Translations under genes and position numbers: made by a program
In this document: one piece after another, positions 10,177-20,890 of the stretch
Layout: every line of letters starts with the position of its first letter
Position numbering within the stretch: position 1 is the stretch's first letter
Source of the DNA: Undibacterium sp.
GTDB lineage: Bacteria; Pseudomonadota; Gammaproteobacteria; Burkholderiales; Burkholderiaceae_D
DNA: 64,000 bases
Assembly: GCA_041913845.1 (NCBI GenBank)
Contig: JAYSEN010000010.1
Location: 25,707-89,706 of the forward strand
Direction of reading: 5' to 3'
The notes under the pieces: generated by a model
Told to the model about the DNA's origin: nothing
Databases searched by the model: none
Seen by the model: only the letters and a program-made list of their open reading frames with translations

Positions 10177-11322
10177 TTACTTAACCACAGCCAATTGCTC
10201 GCGTTTATTTGCTTTGTAAGTGTACAAAGTCAATGTGCCGTCTTTGATGTCGCCTTTGTCGTCAAAGCTGATATCACCAGTGACGCCTTTGTATTTGATT
10301 TTCTTCAAGACTGGCAAATATTTAGCTGACTCAGCTGAACCAGCTTGTTTCATCGCTTCCACCATAACCATGACGGAGTCATAAACGTAAGGAGCATAAA
10401 TTTGCACGTCGATGCCAAATTTCTTCTTGTAAGCGGCTTTCCAATCATCATTGGCTTTTTTCTGCGCATCCAATACACCACCCGCTTCGGCGCAAACTAC
10501 CTGACCGTCACTTATTGCATCGCCAGCCTTATTAGGCAAGTCTGCAGTACACAAGCCATCGCCACCCATGAATTTAACATTGAGGCCCAAACCCTTCATT
10601 TGCTTCAGCATAGGGCCAGCAACAGCATCCATACCACCGAAGAAAATCAGATCAGGTTTTTTCGCTTTGATCGAAGTCAGGATAGAAGCGAAGTCATTTG
10701 ATTTATCCGTGGTGTGTTCTTGCGCGATGATTTCAGCGCCTTTACCTTTAGCACCTTTGATAAATTCTGCGGCAACGCCTTCACCATAAGCAGTTTTATC
10801 ATCGATTACAGCGATTTTCTTGGCTTTGCTGATTTGCACCGCATAACGACCCAGTGTGCCACCCAATTGACCGTCATTCGCGACGACGCGGAAAGCGCCT
10901 GGATAACCTTGTTGGGTGTATTTAGGATTGGTTGCCGATGGCGAAATTTGTACGATTTTAGCGTCGTGGTAAATTTTCGAGGCTGGGATAGTAGTGCCCG
11001 AGTTCAAGTGACCGATCACGCCATTAACTTTGGCGTCAACCAGTTTCTGCGCTGCCGCGGTACCTTGTTTAGGATCACCAGCGTCATCTTCAGCCAGCAA
11101 TTCAAATTTTACTTTTTTGCCGCCTATGGTCACACCTTTGGCATTCAATTCTTCGATCGCCATTTTCGCGCCATTTTCATTGTCTTTACCTAAGTGAGCA
11201 ATGGCGCCGGAAATAGGGCCGACGTGACCGATTTTAACGACCATTTCTTGTGCGGCTGCAGTACCAGCAAAAGCAAAGGCGATCGCTCCAGCCAATGGAA
11301 TCATTTTAGTTTTGAACGACAT
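10177..11322 (-). CDS. Branched-chain amino acid ABC transporter substrate-binding protein (LivK/LivJ-like)
   Basis: VKIGHVGPISG, EDDAGDPKQG, GHLNSGTTIPAS and ISPSATNP motifs. Start moved to ATG 11322 (AGGAG 7 nt upstream). Confidence 0.95.
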   Translation of the reverse strand: MSFKTKMIPLAGAIAFAFAGTAAAQEMVVKIGHVGPISGAIAHLGKDNENGAKMAIEELNAKGVTIGGKKVKFELLAEDDAGDPKQGTAAAQKLVDAKVNGVIGHLNSGTTIPASKIYHDAKIVQISPSATNPKYTQQGYPGAFRVVANDGQLGGTLGRYAVQISKAKKIAVIDDKTAYGEGVAAEFIKGAKGKGAEIIAQEHTTDKSNDFASILTSIKAKKPDLIFFGGMDAVAGPMLKQMKGLGLNVKFMGGDGLCTADLPNKAGDAISDGQVVCAEAGGVLDAQKKANDDWKAAYKKKFGIDVQIYAPYVYDSVMVMVEAMKQAGSAESAKYLPVLKKIKYKGVTGDISFDDKGDIKDGTLTLYTYKANKREQLAVVK

Positions 11323-11729
11323 GAACATACTCCTAAGGAAAAAAGTAGAACTACAATACTGCATCTCTGACTTATTCAGAACCGAACCTTTTTTATTGCT
11401 CACCGGTACTGCCAGCACTCAGCGTGTTATGGGTTCTTGAGAAAACTGAACAGCAAGAAGGTACAACAGAAAAAACTTTTTTCAAAGGGATTTTGTGCGT
11501 TTTTTTCGCAAAACTGATGTTTTTTATACCCTGATTGCCAGAGTTTTTGAGTCAATACGTTATTCTACGTAGTCGTGAATGCCAGCTGAGAAGCTTTGCT
11601 GGCAGATGGTTTTTGCATTGCACAATACCAGTGCTAAACTGGCATACAGTTGCCAGGAGTAGCAAGCGAGCACTAAGTTTGTATTTCGTTAGCGTAGTGT
11701 CACGGCGGGAGTGGTTTGATACCAGGAAA

Positions 11730-13007
11730 TTAAAGCCCGTCGGCATGCCAGTTAAAATCAGGCCAGAGTTCAGGTTTTTGATCGAGCAGCAAATGACTGA
11801 TAATTTTGGCCGAACCTGCTGCCATCGTCCAACCCAGTGAACCATGCCCGGTATTCAGGAATAAATTGGTGTATCGGGTTTTGCCTAGGTAGGGTAAATT
11901 GGCCGGGGTCAGAGGGCGTAAACCGCTCCAGTAAGCCGGGTTTTCGTAATCGCAGGCGGCAGGAAATAATTCCCGTGTTCTTTTTAAAATCGCCTGGCAA
12001 CGCGCATCGTTGAGGCTGCGATCAAAGCCAGCAATTTCGCAAGTGCCGGCTACCCTTAGGTGATCGCCAAGACGAGAAAAGACTAATTTATATTGATCGT
12101 CGGTTAGGGATACCATAGGCGCAGATCGCTGCTCCGCGACTGGCAAGGTGACCGAATAACCTTTTGCCGGATATATCCAGCATCGCAAACCCAGGGGTTT
12201 TACTAATTCGGGACTATGGCTCGCCATGGCCATGACGTAATAATCGGCACTAAGCTGTTGAAATTGCCCCGTTTCATCGATGATTTCAAGGCCAGTCAGA
12301 CTCTTCGTGCGGGCATCATGGTGTAGTCGCGTAACCTGGCAAGAATAACGGAAATCGACACCTTGCTTGCTGGCGAGACTGGCCAGGTTTTGACTAAATA
12401 AATGTATATTCCCTGATTCATCGCTGGCGGTATAGTCGGCGCCGATTAGTTTGTCGCGCACGGCATACAATGCCGGTTCCAGACTTAGTGCTTGTTCGAT
12501 ACTGATTAATTGCCGAGGACAACCAGCCTGCTGCATGCGCGATAATATCTTTGTTGCGTCGTTGAATTCTCGCTGGTCGGTGTAAAAATGCAAGATGCCT
12601 TTACTCAGATGTTGGTAAGCCAGCCCTGTTTGCTGACGCAGTTCGCGTAAACTTTGCCGACTGTATTCAGCGAGTTCGACAATTTTCTGCATATTCTGCA
12701 AACTGCGTTGTGGCATGCATTCGCGTAAGAAGCGCAAGCACCATTGCCATTGAAACGGGTTAAGTCCTGGTCTGAATAAGAGTGGAGCATCTTCTTGGCC
12801 TAACCATTTCAGTAATTTAAGCGGGGTGGCAGGATTTGACCACGGATAGGCATGCGAAACTGAAATCTGGCCGCCATTGGCAAAGCTGGTTTCTTGCGCA
12901 ACACCTGGCTGACGTTCGATTACCGTGACATTAAAGCCAGCCTGACGCAAGTACCAGGCGGTGCTGGTACCGATAACGCCGCCGCCCAAAACCAGAACCT
13001 GCTTCAT
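11730..13007 (-). CDS. dadA: D-amino acid dehydrogenase
   Basis: VLGGGVIG FAD motif, ETSFANGGQIS, YPAKGYS, GLRPLTP and NTGHGSLGWTMAAGS. Confidence 0.9.
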   Translation of the reverse strand: MKQVLVLGGGVIGTSTAWYLRQAGFNVTVIERQPGVAQETSFANGGQISVSHAYPWSNPATPLKLLKWLGQEDAPLLFRPGLNPFQWQWCLRFLRECMPQRSLQNMQKIVELAEYSRQSLRELRQQTGLAYQHLSKGILHFYTDQREFNDATKILSRMQQAGCPRQLISIEQALSLEPALYAVRDKLIGADYTASDESGNIHLFSQNLASLASKQGVDFRYSCQVTRLHHDARTKSLTGLEIIDETGQFQQLSADYYVMAMASHSPELVKPLGLRCWIYPAKGYSVTLPVAEQRSAPMVSLTDDQYKLVFSRLGDHLRVAGTCEIAGFDRSLNDARCQAILKRTRELFPAACDYENPAYWSGLRPLTPANLPYLGKTRYTNLFLNTGHGSLGWTMAAGSAKIISHLLLDQKPELWPDFNWHADGL

Positions 13008-13525
13008 TTAATCTGGCGAATTTTATTAATTTCTTGGGTGATGGCGCGACTGATCAGGTCTTCCAGCGTTTTTTCCAGGCCGCTACGTATGTCATTAGTC
13101 AGGCTGGCAACGGCTAATTGTAATACGTCGGCCAGATTGTCGCGTACCCGGTGTTCAAGCACAAAATCAACCCGTGTCAGCAATTGCTTGAGCACAGCTT
13201 CCCTAACTTGTTGTTCCAGAGCTTGCCAATTTTTTTCGTCATCAGCCTGAACCTTAGTATTCGACGTTGTTTCGAGCTGCACCGATGCAGCCGTATTGAT
13301 CATACGTATTCCCAGGCTAGAATGGCTGGAACCAGGCTTGTTCGAAGGCGGGGGAGGGGCTGTTTCAAGCGACGGCTGTGTGCTGGGTAAGACTTGTTGC
13401 AAGGGTTCAGGCTGCGCAGCGTCGTCAGGCGCGGCGACCACGTCGTTTGCTTCAGACTTAGGCTTCGCTGGCGCCGTAATGATTTCGGTCAGAATGGGAA
13501 TACTGGTGTCGATTTGATTGTTCAT
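13004..13525 (-). CDS. Conserved hypothetical protein downstream of holC (DUF2486-like)
   Basis: IPILTEII N-terminus, Pro-rich linker and helical C-terminus. Coupled to holC and dadA by 4-nt overlaps. Confidence 0.6.
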   Translation of the reverse strand: MNNQIDTSIPILTEIITAPAKPKSEANDVVAAPDDAAQPEPLQQVLPSTQPSLETAPPPPSNKPGSSHSSLGIRMINTAASVQLETTSNTKVQADDEKNWQALEQQVREAVLKQLLTRVDFVLEHRVRDNLADVLQLAVASLTNDIRSGLEKTLEDLISRAITQEINKIRQIK

Positions 13526-13938
13526 GCTGCGACGATATGTGTCAGTTCATGGCCAGTTTGTTGGTAATTACGGTAACGTTGACGTCCGGCCTGACGTGCA
13601 CTTTCCAGTGGTGAAATAATTTCGATTAAGCGCTGATAGTCTTCATAATAAGGCAAAATCTGTTCGCTTAAGTTCAGCAATACCGCGCGATGAGGGCACG
13701 CCTGACGATGATCATTACTCAGTAATATCGGCGTTTCTGCCGCAAGTCTGTGTGGCAAACTCACATGAGCTAAGAAATCGGTATGTCCCCAGCTCCATAA
13801 AGCCTGATCGAGCTCCTGCAAAAACACGGTATCGTTATGGTAGACCGTGATTTTAGAGTTGGCGGCATAGGCTTTACGGATCAGGCGAAAACTGTAATTG
13901 AGCGTATCCGCCACGTTGCTATGAAAATCAATGCGCAT
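13522..13938 (-). CDS. holC: DNA polymerase III chi subunit
   Basis: MRIDFH start, LDQALWSW, FLAH, LLNL and GRQRYRNY motifs. Confidence 0.9.
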   Translation of the reverse strand: MRIDFHSNVADTLNYSFRLIRKAYAANSKITVYHNDTVFLQELDQALWSWGHTDFLAHVSLPHRLAAETPILLSNDHRQACPHRAVLLNLSEQILPYYEDYQRLIEIISPLESARQAGRQRYRNYQQTGHELTHIVAA

Positions 13939-13940
13939 AA

Positions 13941-14528
13941 TCAGAAGCGGAAATTACTCTCTGGTTTGGCTTGCTCAGGGCGTTTTTCTGCAGGTTTGTC
14001 ACCAGGCTTAGCTTTGGCCGGGGCTGCGGGTTCCGCGGCCGGGTAACGATAATCTTTGGGCAGTTTGTTGCTGTCTGGGTAGCCAGCATCTGTCAGTATT
14101 TTCTTGTATTCGTCAGTATCCAGACCCAATACCTTTTTCGAACCAACCAGCAAGGCGGGTAATTGCATATCGCCAGCAACTTGCTTGAGTTTTTCACCGT
14201 CTTCGTAATTCATCACGGTTTTTTCGGCATAAGGTATGCCCGCGCCTTTAAGGTAGCTACGTGCTGTGGCGCAGGGGCCGCAGCTTGGTGCAGTATAGAG
14301 CGTTACCGGGTTATTTCGTGCCGCTTGTGCCAGGTCAGGCGGAAAGCCCGTGGTATCGGTGGCGCCAGCACCGATAGTGCGTTTCTCCACCCCTTTTTGT
14401 GCGTTGCTGGGTGGTTTGTCACTGTACTGTACCTTGCCATCCGGCCCCACCCATTTATAAACCTGGGCTTGAGCGGCTAAAGCCGGCAGTAGTAAATTCA
14501 AGAGTAACAGGCTAAATTTTAATTTCAT
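13941..14528 (-). CDS. Exported DUF4124 + glutaredoxin-like domain protein
   Basis: Signal peptide, VYKWVGPDGKVQYSDKPP (DUF4124 pattern) and a CGPC active site. Confidence 0.85.
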   Translation of the reverse strand: MKLKFSLLLLNLLLPALAAQAQVYKWVGPDGKVQYSDKPPSNAQKGVEKRTIGAGATDTTGFPPDLAQAARNNPVTLYTAPSCGPCATARSYLKGAGIPYAEKTVMNYEDGEKLKQVAGDMQLPALLVGSKKVLGLDTDEYKKILTDAGYPDSNKLPKDYRYPAAEPAAPAKAKPGDKPAEKRPEQAKPESNFRF

Positions 14529-14576
14529 GCTTAAATCCTTTGCAAATATCCAGAGTGCTTTGCGTAATCCTGCTGC

Positions 14577-16634
14577 TTACACGCTCATGCCATGATGACG
14601 CAGTAATGCATCGATGCTGGGTTCACGTCCACGAAAGGCGATAAACGATTGCAACGCCGGGCGCGATCCACCAACCGCCAGGACTTCACGTTTGAATCGC
14701 TCCCCTATGCCGGCACTGACACTCGAACCACCCGGTTCTGCAGCTTCCTCGAATGCGGCATAGGCATCAGCGGATAAAACCTCTGCCCACTTATAACTAT
14801 AATAGCCAGCCGCATAGCCACCGGCAAAGATATGACTGAATGCATGCTGGAAGCGGTTAAATTCGGGCACCGGGATAACCGCGATTTCGGTTCTGACTTG
14901 ATTCAGCAACGCTTGCACTTGCTCGCTGTTTTGCAAATCCAGCTGACTATGCAGCAACATATCAAACAGTGAAAATTCAACCTGACGCAAGGTTTGTAAG
15001 CCCGCCTGGAAATTTTTGGCTGCGATCATTTTGTCAAACAGTTCACGCGGCAAGCTGGCGCCAGTTTCTGCGTGGCGACTTAAACCCTGCAAAACCGGCC
15101 ATTCCCAGCAAAAATTCTCCATAAATTGCGAGGGCAATTCCACCGCATCCCACTCGACACCGGAAATTCCTGAAACGCCAAGCTCATCGACTTCAGTCAG
15201 CATGTGATGTAAGCCATGGCCGAATTCGTGGAAGAGCGTGATCAAATCATCATGCGTCAGCAAGGCTTCCTGCAACACACCGTCTTTAGTTAAGGGTGGC
15301 GTAAAGTTGCAAACCAGATAAGCGACCGGAGTTTGTAAGCCATGCTCTGTCAGACTGCGAGAGCGCGCATCATCCATCCAGGCGCCACCGCGTTTGCCAT
15401 TGCGGGCATATAAGTCCAGATAAAATTGCCCAATTAATTGCTGGTCTTTTTCTATGCGATAAAAGCGCACATCGGGATGCCAGCTGGTGCTTTGATCTGG
15501 TTTAATCTGAACGGCAAATAATTGCCCGATTAAGTCGAATAAGCCCGAGATGACTTTATTGACGGGGAAATATTGTTTAAGTTCGTTTTCTGAGAAAGCA
15601 TAACGTTGCTGTCTCAGTTTCTCTGAGGCATAGGCGATATCCCAGGCCTGCAATTCCGCTAAACCTAATTCCTCAGCGGCAAATTGCCTGAGTTCGGCAT
15701 AGTCTTGCTCCGCAAAGGGGCGCGCTTTTTTCGCAAGTTGACGCAAAAAATCACACACTTGTTGTGGAGTGTCAGCCATTTTGGGAACTAGCGAAACTTC
15801 AGCGAAATCGCGGTAGCCCAGCAAGGCAGCCTCTTCTTGGCGCAATTGAATTAATTCGGTGATGACGCCAGAATTATCCCATTCAGCTTTACTCCCCAGT
15901 TCCGAAGCCTTGGTTGCATTGGCCTGATAAATAGTCTGGCGTATCTCACGCTTGTCGGTATATTGCAGTAAGGGAAAATACGAAGGAAAATGCAAGGTGA
16001 AAACATAGCCAGGCAAGTCCCGTTCACTGGCAGCTTGTCGCGCAGCAGCGAGGTCATCTTCGGGCAAGCCGGCTAAGTCGGCGAGATTTTCTATATGCAG
16101 ACTATAGTCATTAATCGTATCTAAAACGTTTTCAGAAAAACGTGTTGATAAGGCTGCTAATTGCTCCTGGATTTCCGCATAACGCGGTTTTACATCGTCG
16201 GCCAATTCCGCGCCACCTAGCTTGAAATCGCGCACTGCATGATTGATAATGGCCTGACGCGCAGGTGGTAAATCGCTAAATCCAGCCTGGTTCGCCAGCT
16301 CTTGGTAAGATTTGAACAGTTTCAGGTTTTGTCCCAGTTCAGTCCAGAATTGCGTCACCAGCGCTTGATTTTCATTGTAGGCAGCACGTAATTCCGGCGT
16401 GTCAGCGACCGCATTCAAATGCGAAACCACGCCCCATGCTCGCCCCAGTCTTTCCGTGACCTGATTTAAAGGGACAATAAAATTGTCCCAGGTGACAGCT
16501 TGTATCGTTTGCAGTAAGGCGATAGTTTGCCGGGCTTGCGCGACCAATTCGGTAATCGCTGGCGCAACATGGCCAGGTTCGATTAAATCGAATCGGCTTA
16601 AGCCGGAGAAGTCAAGCAAGGGGTTGGTTTGCAT
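14577..16634 (-). CDS. prlC: Oligopeptidase A (M3 family)
   Basis: NPLLDF start, HEFGHGLHHML zinc motif, VELPSQFMEN and GYYSYKWAEVL. Confidence 0.95.
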   Translation of the reverse strand: MQTNPLLDFSGLSRFDLIEPGHVAPAITELVAQARQTIALLQTIQAVTWDNFIVPLNQVTERLGRAWGVVSHLNAVADTPELRAAYNENQALVTQFWTELGQNLKLFKSYQELANQAGFSDLPPARQAIINHAVRDFKLGGAELADDVKPRYAEIQEQLAALSTRFSENVLDTINDYSLHIENLADLAGLPEDDLAAARQAASERDLPGYVFTLHFPSYFPLLQYTDKREIRQTIYQANATKASELGSKAEWDNSGVITELIQLRQEEAALLGYRDFAEVSLVPKMADTPQQVCDFLRQLAKKARPFAEQDYAELRQFAAEELGLAELQAWDIAYASEKLRQQRYAFSENELKQYFPVNKVISGLFDLIGQLFAVQIKPDQSTSWHPDVRFYRIEKDQQLIGQFYLDLYARNGKRGGAWMDDARSRSLTEHGLQTPVAYLVCNFTPPLTKDGVLQEALLTHDDLITLFHEFGHGLHHMLTEVDELGVSGISGVEWDAVELPSQFMENFCWEWPVLQGLSRHAETGASLPRELFDKMIAAKNFQAGLQTLRQVEFSLFDMLLHSQLDLQNSEQVQALLNQVRTEIAVIPVPEFNRFQHAFSHIFAGGYAAGYYSYKWAEVLSADAYAAFEEAAEPGGSSVSAGIGERFKREVLAVGGSRPALQSFIAFRGREPSIDALLRHHGMSV

Positions 16635-17479
16635 CAGGCACGCTCCGCAGCTTCCAAGGTATTCACGAGCAACATGGTAATCGTCATAGGGCCTACGCCG
16701 CCTGGAACCGGGGTGATGTAAGCTGCGACTTCCCTGGTCGCAGCAAAGTCAACATCACCGCACAACTTGCCGTCATCATCACGATTCATACCCACATCGA
16801 TAACTACCGCACCTGGCTTCACCATATCAGCGCGCACCAGATTACGTTTTCCTGTCGCGACCACCAGAATATCGGCGTTGCGGGTGTGCGCGGCCAGATC
16901 GCGAGTTTTGGAATTGCAAATGGTGACCGTTGCGCCGGCTTGTAATAACAACATAGCTTGAGGCTTGCCTACGATATTCGAAGCGCCAACCACTACCGCA
17001 TTGGCGCCGCGCACCGGATAGTTAATGGATTCCAGCATCTTCATCACGCCATAGGGGGTGCAAGGACGGAATAAAGGCTGGCCTGTCATTAAGGCACCGG
17101 CATTGCTGATGTGAAAGCCATCAACGTCTTTTTCAGCGGCAATCGCTTCAATAACTTTATTGGCATCAATGTGCGCTGGCAGGGGCAATTGCACCAGGAT
17201 GCCATGTATTTTCTTGTCTTGATTTAAGCGCGCGATATGGGCAAGCAAATCAGCTTCGCTTAATTCTGCTTGGTATTTTTCCAGTACCGAATGAAAACCG
17301 CAATCTTCACAGGCTTTGACTTTATTCCTCACATAAACCTGTGAAGCGGGATTGTCGCCGACCAGTATAACGGCCAGGCCAGGTTGCTGGCCCTTGGCGC
17401 TGAGTTCGCTGGCGCGTTGTTTGACTTGCTGCCGGATTTGTTGGGAAAGTTCGTTACCGTTGATGAGTTGTGCCGTCAT
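16634..17479 (-). CDS. folD: Bifunctional methylenetetrahydrofolate dehydrogenase/cyclohydrolase
   Basis: [29 protein letters not shown] and PGGVGPMT motifs. Start moved to ATG 17479. Confidence 0.97.
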   Translation of the reverse strand: MTAQLINGNELSQQIRQQVKQRASELSAKGQQPGLAVILVGDNPASQVYVRNKVKACEDCGFHSVLEKYQAELSEADLLAHIARLNQDKKIHGILVQLPLPAHIDANKVIEAIAAEKDVDGFHISNAGALMTGQPLFRPCTPYGVMKMLESINYPVRGANAVVVGASNIVGKPQAMLLLQAGATVTICNSKTRDLAAHTRNADILVVATGKRNLVRADMVKPGAVVIDVGMNRDDDGKLCGDVDFAATREVAAYITPVPGGVGPMTITMLLVNTLEAAERA

Positions 17480-18012
17480 GATAGTGCTCTCAATGAAATT
17501 AGGCACCATTATAAATTAAGCTGTATTAACTCGGGCGATCAGTTATTCCAGAGTGAAAATTCAGGGTAGGCTGTAACTAGTTGTAAGTTGGTGATATGAA
17601 TACATAACCAATAACTCAAATTGGTTGTGTTAATTTATATGTTTTGGGTGGGGGCTTGAGTTAAATGAATTGCTAGTGTTGTGTGAAAACAGCACAGCAT
17701 TGACGTAAAAATTACAAACTGGTCTGATACAGATGCTGCAAAGCACACAACTTGTTTGCTTAAAGAAATTGTTAAGCCAATTTCGACCAAGGCAGACCTA
17801 CGGAAGAAAAAATAAAAGTGGTTCCCAACCCGCATTGTTGTTCGCATTCATAAGACAACAAAGTGAGTAATGGCTGGCGCTGGCGTCTTATGGCTAGTAC
17901 CGGAACCCGACACAATGCTGATAATCCCGTAACGCGCTTGCAGTAAGGCTAATTTTAGGAATGGTGTCTGTAGCATGGACTTATGTCGTGATCAGACGGT
18001 TTGGAGATAAAA

Positions 18013-20808
18013 ATGTTTAATGAAAAAGTATTAGCGAAGTCTTTACGCTTGATGTTTTCCAGTGGTCTGATGTTATCACTGGGCATGGCTGCACAATTCG
18101 CGCAAGCACAAGCCCAGGACGATAAAGTCCAGCGCGTTGAGGTAACGGGTTCAAATATTAAGCGCTCACAATCTGAAGGGGCTTCGCCAATTCAGGTAAT
18201 GAATCGCGATGAAATAGAAAAAACAGGTAAGGTCAGTGTTGCCGAAGTGTTGCAAAGTTTAGCGATCGATGGCTCTGGTTCCCTGAATACCAGTTTTGGT
18301 TCTGGTTTTGCTGCGGGTGCCACCACCATTTCCTTGCGCGGATTGGGCTCTAACTCCACTCTCATTTTATTAAATGGCCGCCGTATGGCGCAATATGGTC
18401 GATCTGACGATGGCCGTAAAGCGGTGACAGATCTCAGCAGTGTGCCAGCCGCGCTGATCGAGCGGATTGAAATCCTGAAAGATGGCGCTTCTTCCGTCTA
18501 TGGTGCCGATGCCGTGGCCGGTGTGGTCAACGTGATTTTGCGCAAAGACTATCAAGGCATAGAAATTAAGGGTACGACTGGTATTTCCGGCTACCGTGAT
18601 GGCAAGGATAATGTTGCCAGCATTACAGCGGGTTTTGGTAATTTAGACACCGATAAATACAATCTGATCCTTAATGCGGAAGTCTCGAAAACCGACGGTA
18701 TTTCTTCGAAAGATCGTGTTGATCGCGATTGGATTTCTCAAGGTGATATTCGTAAATATGGCTACGGTATGGTTATGGCGCGTTTTGTCGGCGGTTATAT
18801 CGTCGGCAATAACAATGCTTCAGCCAGTCCGACGGGGAATATTCGTGATCCTAAAACGCTGAATTACACACCTTTACCGGGTTGTGCCAAACTGTCGCCA
18901 GTCACCAATCAAGATCCGAATGGCGGTTGCTTGTGGTATGACTCGCAATTCCGCTCAATGACGCCAGACTTACGTTCGACCAATTTATTTACTCGCGGCA
19001 CCTGGCAATTAAATGATAACTGGCAAGTCTTCGCTGAAGCCAGTTATATGGAGCGAAAAACTTCGTTCACGCTGACGCCACCATCAGTTACGCCAACTGT
19101 TGCTTTTCCTCCTAATGCATCTACGCCAACTGGCGTTATTGCCTACGGTAACCTGCCGTTGATGGGCGCTACGCACCCGCAAAATCCATTTGGTGCCGCA
19201 ACCCGTCTGCGTTATGTTGCATTTGACGTGGGGCCATCGGTACGGAATGCCGAAAATTCGTTTGATCGCTTTATGGTTGGCGCTAAAGGTTCGGCATGGG
19301 GCTGGGATATGGAAGCTGGCTTATTGCACTCAACCAGCAAATTGCGTCTGGATTACACCAATATGCTGAATATGAAAGTATTACAAGCAGCATTGGGTGA
19401 CCCTAAGAGTCAGTACTTTCCTTACTATATTGGTGAACAAGCGTATAAAAATCCCAAGGCTTTGTACGACGCCATGGTGATGCACGGTATCGCCGATGCC
19501 AGTACGAAATTGGATGTCATCGATTTTAAAGCCAGTCGTGAGTTAATGCCTTTAGCTGGCGGCAATATGGCCTTAGCGGTGGGTTTTGAACATCGTAAAG
19601 AATCGGTTAACACACCATCTTTGAGTGGTAGTGAAGACGGTACGATTAACTCGAGCTATGTGGCGTCGTTTGGTGATACCAAGGTGACGGCTGCCTATGC
19701 CGAATTGCTGGCACCGATTTTGAAAGAATTGGAATTGTCGGGCGCTTTGCGTTACGACAAATACGATAACTTCAGCTCGACTACCCCGAAATTAGGGATT
19801 AAGTGGAGTCCGATGAAGAATCTGGCCTTGCGCGGTACCTATACCGAAGGCTTCCGTGCGCCAGGTGCGGCTGAGTCGGGTGCGCGATCACAGAGTACCG
19901 GGTCGGCATCAGCAACGGATCCTATTCGTTGTCCAGGTGGTAAAGCTCTGCCTGGTGCAACCGCAGCAGATTGCGCATCGTCATTTGGTGGTTCACGTGT
20001 TGGTAACCCGAACTTGCAACCTGAAAAATCCAAAGGTTACACCTTGGGTATAGTCTGGGATCCATTGCCAAATACCGGCATTGCGATTGATTTCTGGCGG
20101 ATTAAGCGTGACAACGAAATTAATGTCACACCTTATGCCGAAGCTGCTGCATTCCCTGATGCAATTCGTTCCGACAATAACTTGGTGATTGATGGCAAGG
20201 TTATTCCTAACTCGGGTACTTTGTTGCTGGTGAAAGCACCTTTCCGCAATGCCAACTACACCCAGGTTTCGGGTGTTGACCTCGATATCAAACAACGCTT
20301 TAATCTGGGTGAGCAGGGTAAGTTGACCGCAGGTTTAAACTGGACCCACATGTCTGAGTGGAAGCGTGTTGAGAACAATGGCAAAGTGTATAACTTTGCG
20401 GGTACTCACGGCGATTGCGATGCTTCCAACTGCGTTGGTACACCGAAAGATAAAGTCAACTTTAACCTGACCTGGGCTAAGGATAGCTGGAGTGTAACTG
20501 GTTTAGTTAACTACCGTGGTGAAATGAAAAACATCACCTGGGAAGGGCAGCCTTGCTTTAATAAACTGGCCAATGGTAGCCCCGCGCCAAATGCTGATTG
20601 CACCATCAAAGCCTTCACGACTTTAGATTTGTCGGCGAAATGGGATATTACTAAACAATTGCAAGTGTTTGGTTCTATCCAAAACGTCACCGATGCGGTG
20701 GCCCCGTTGGATCCACAAACCTATGGCGCGATTGCCTATAACCCTATGGATGTGTCCGGCGCAATTGGCCGTTACTTCCGCGTTGGCGTTCGTTATAAGT
20801 TCAAATAA
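18013..20808 (+). CDS. TonB-dependent outer membrane receptor
   Basis: Signal peptide, VEVTGSNI TonB box, LRGLG..TLILLNGRR and IERIEILKDGASSVYGADAVAGVVNVI plug motifs, and a C-terminal RYKF. Start at ATG 18013 after GGAG. Confidence 0.95.
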   Translation: MFNEKVLAKSLRLMFSSGLMLSLGMAAQFAQAQAQDDKVQRVEVTGSNIKRSQSEGASPIQVMNRDEIEKTGKVSVAEVLQSLAIDGSGSLNTSFGSGFAAGATTISLRGLGSNSTLILLNGRRMAQYGRSDDGRKAVTDLSSVPAALIERIEILKDGASSVYGADAVAGVVNVILRKDYQGIEIKGTTGISGYRDGKDNVASITAGFGNLDTDKYNLILNAEVSKTDGISSKDRVDRDWISQGDIRKYGYGMVMARFVGGYIVGNNNASASPTGNIRDPKTLNYTPLPGCAKLSPVTNQDPNGGCLWYDSQFRSMTPDLRSTNLFTRGTWQLNDNWQVFAEASYMERKTSFTLTPPSVTPTVAFPPNASTPTGVIAYGNLPLMGATHPQNPFGAATRLRYVAFDVGPSVRNAENSFDRFMVGAKGSAWGWDMEAGLLHSTSKLRLDYTNMLNMKVLQAALGDPKSQYFPYYIGEQAYKNPKALYDAMVMHGIADASTKLDVIDFKASRELMPLAGGNMALAVGFEHRKESVNTPSLSGSEDGTINSSYVASFGDTKVTAAYAELLAPILKELELSGALRYDKYDNFSSTTPKLGIKWSPMKNLALRGTYTEGFRAPGAAESGARSQSTGSASATDPIRCPGGKALPGATAADCASSFGGSRVGNPNLQPEKSKGYTLGIVWDPLPNTGIAIDFWRIKRDNEINVTPYAEAAAFPDAIRSDNNLVIDGKVIPNSGTLLLVKAPFRNANYTQVSGVDLDIKQRFNLGEQGKLTAGLNWTHMSEWKRVENNGKVYNFAGTHGDCDASNCVGTPKDKVNFNLTWAKDSWSVTGLVNYRGEMKNITWEGQPCFNKLANGSPAPNADCTIKAFTTLDLSAKWDITKQLQVFGSIQNVTDAVAPLDPQTYGAIAYNPMDVSGAIGRYFRVGVRYKFK

Positions 20809-20826
20809 TTATTCGTCGTATCAATT

Positions 20827-20857
20827 AAAAAAGCGCTGCAAATGCAGCGCTTTTTTT
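20827..20857. terminator. Bidirectional intrinsic terminator
   Basis: aaaaaagcgctgc-aaat-gcagcgcttttttt between convergent genes. Confidence 0.85.
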
Positions 20858-20890
20858 ATGCTTAGAATTTCCGCGTGTAGTGGTCAGTGC

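Noticed and set aside
11639-11656. CTGGCATACAGTTGCCAG as a sigma54 promoter
   Set aside because: The -24/-12 spacing is one base short and it does not face a plus-strand gene.
17849-17892. 8-bp inverted repeat (CATAAGAC/GTCTTATG) in the TonB receptor leader
   Set aside because: Short stem with a 28-nt loop and no recognisable riboswitch or Fur-box consensus; may be chance.
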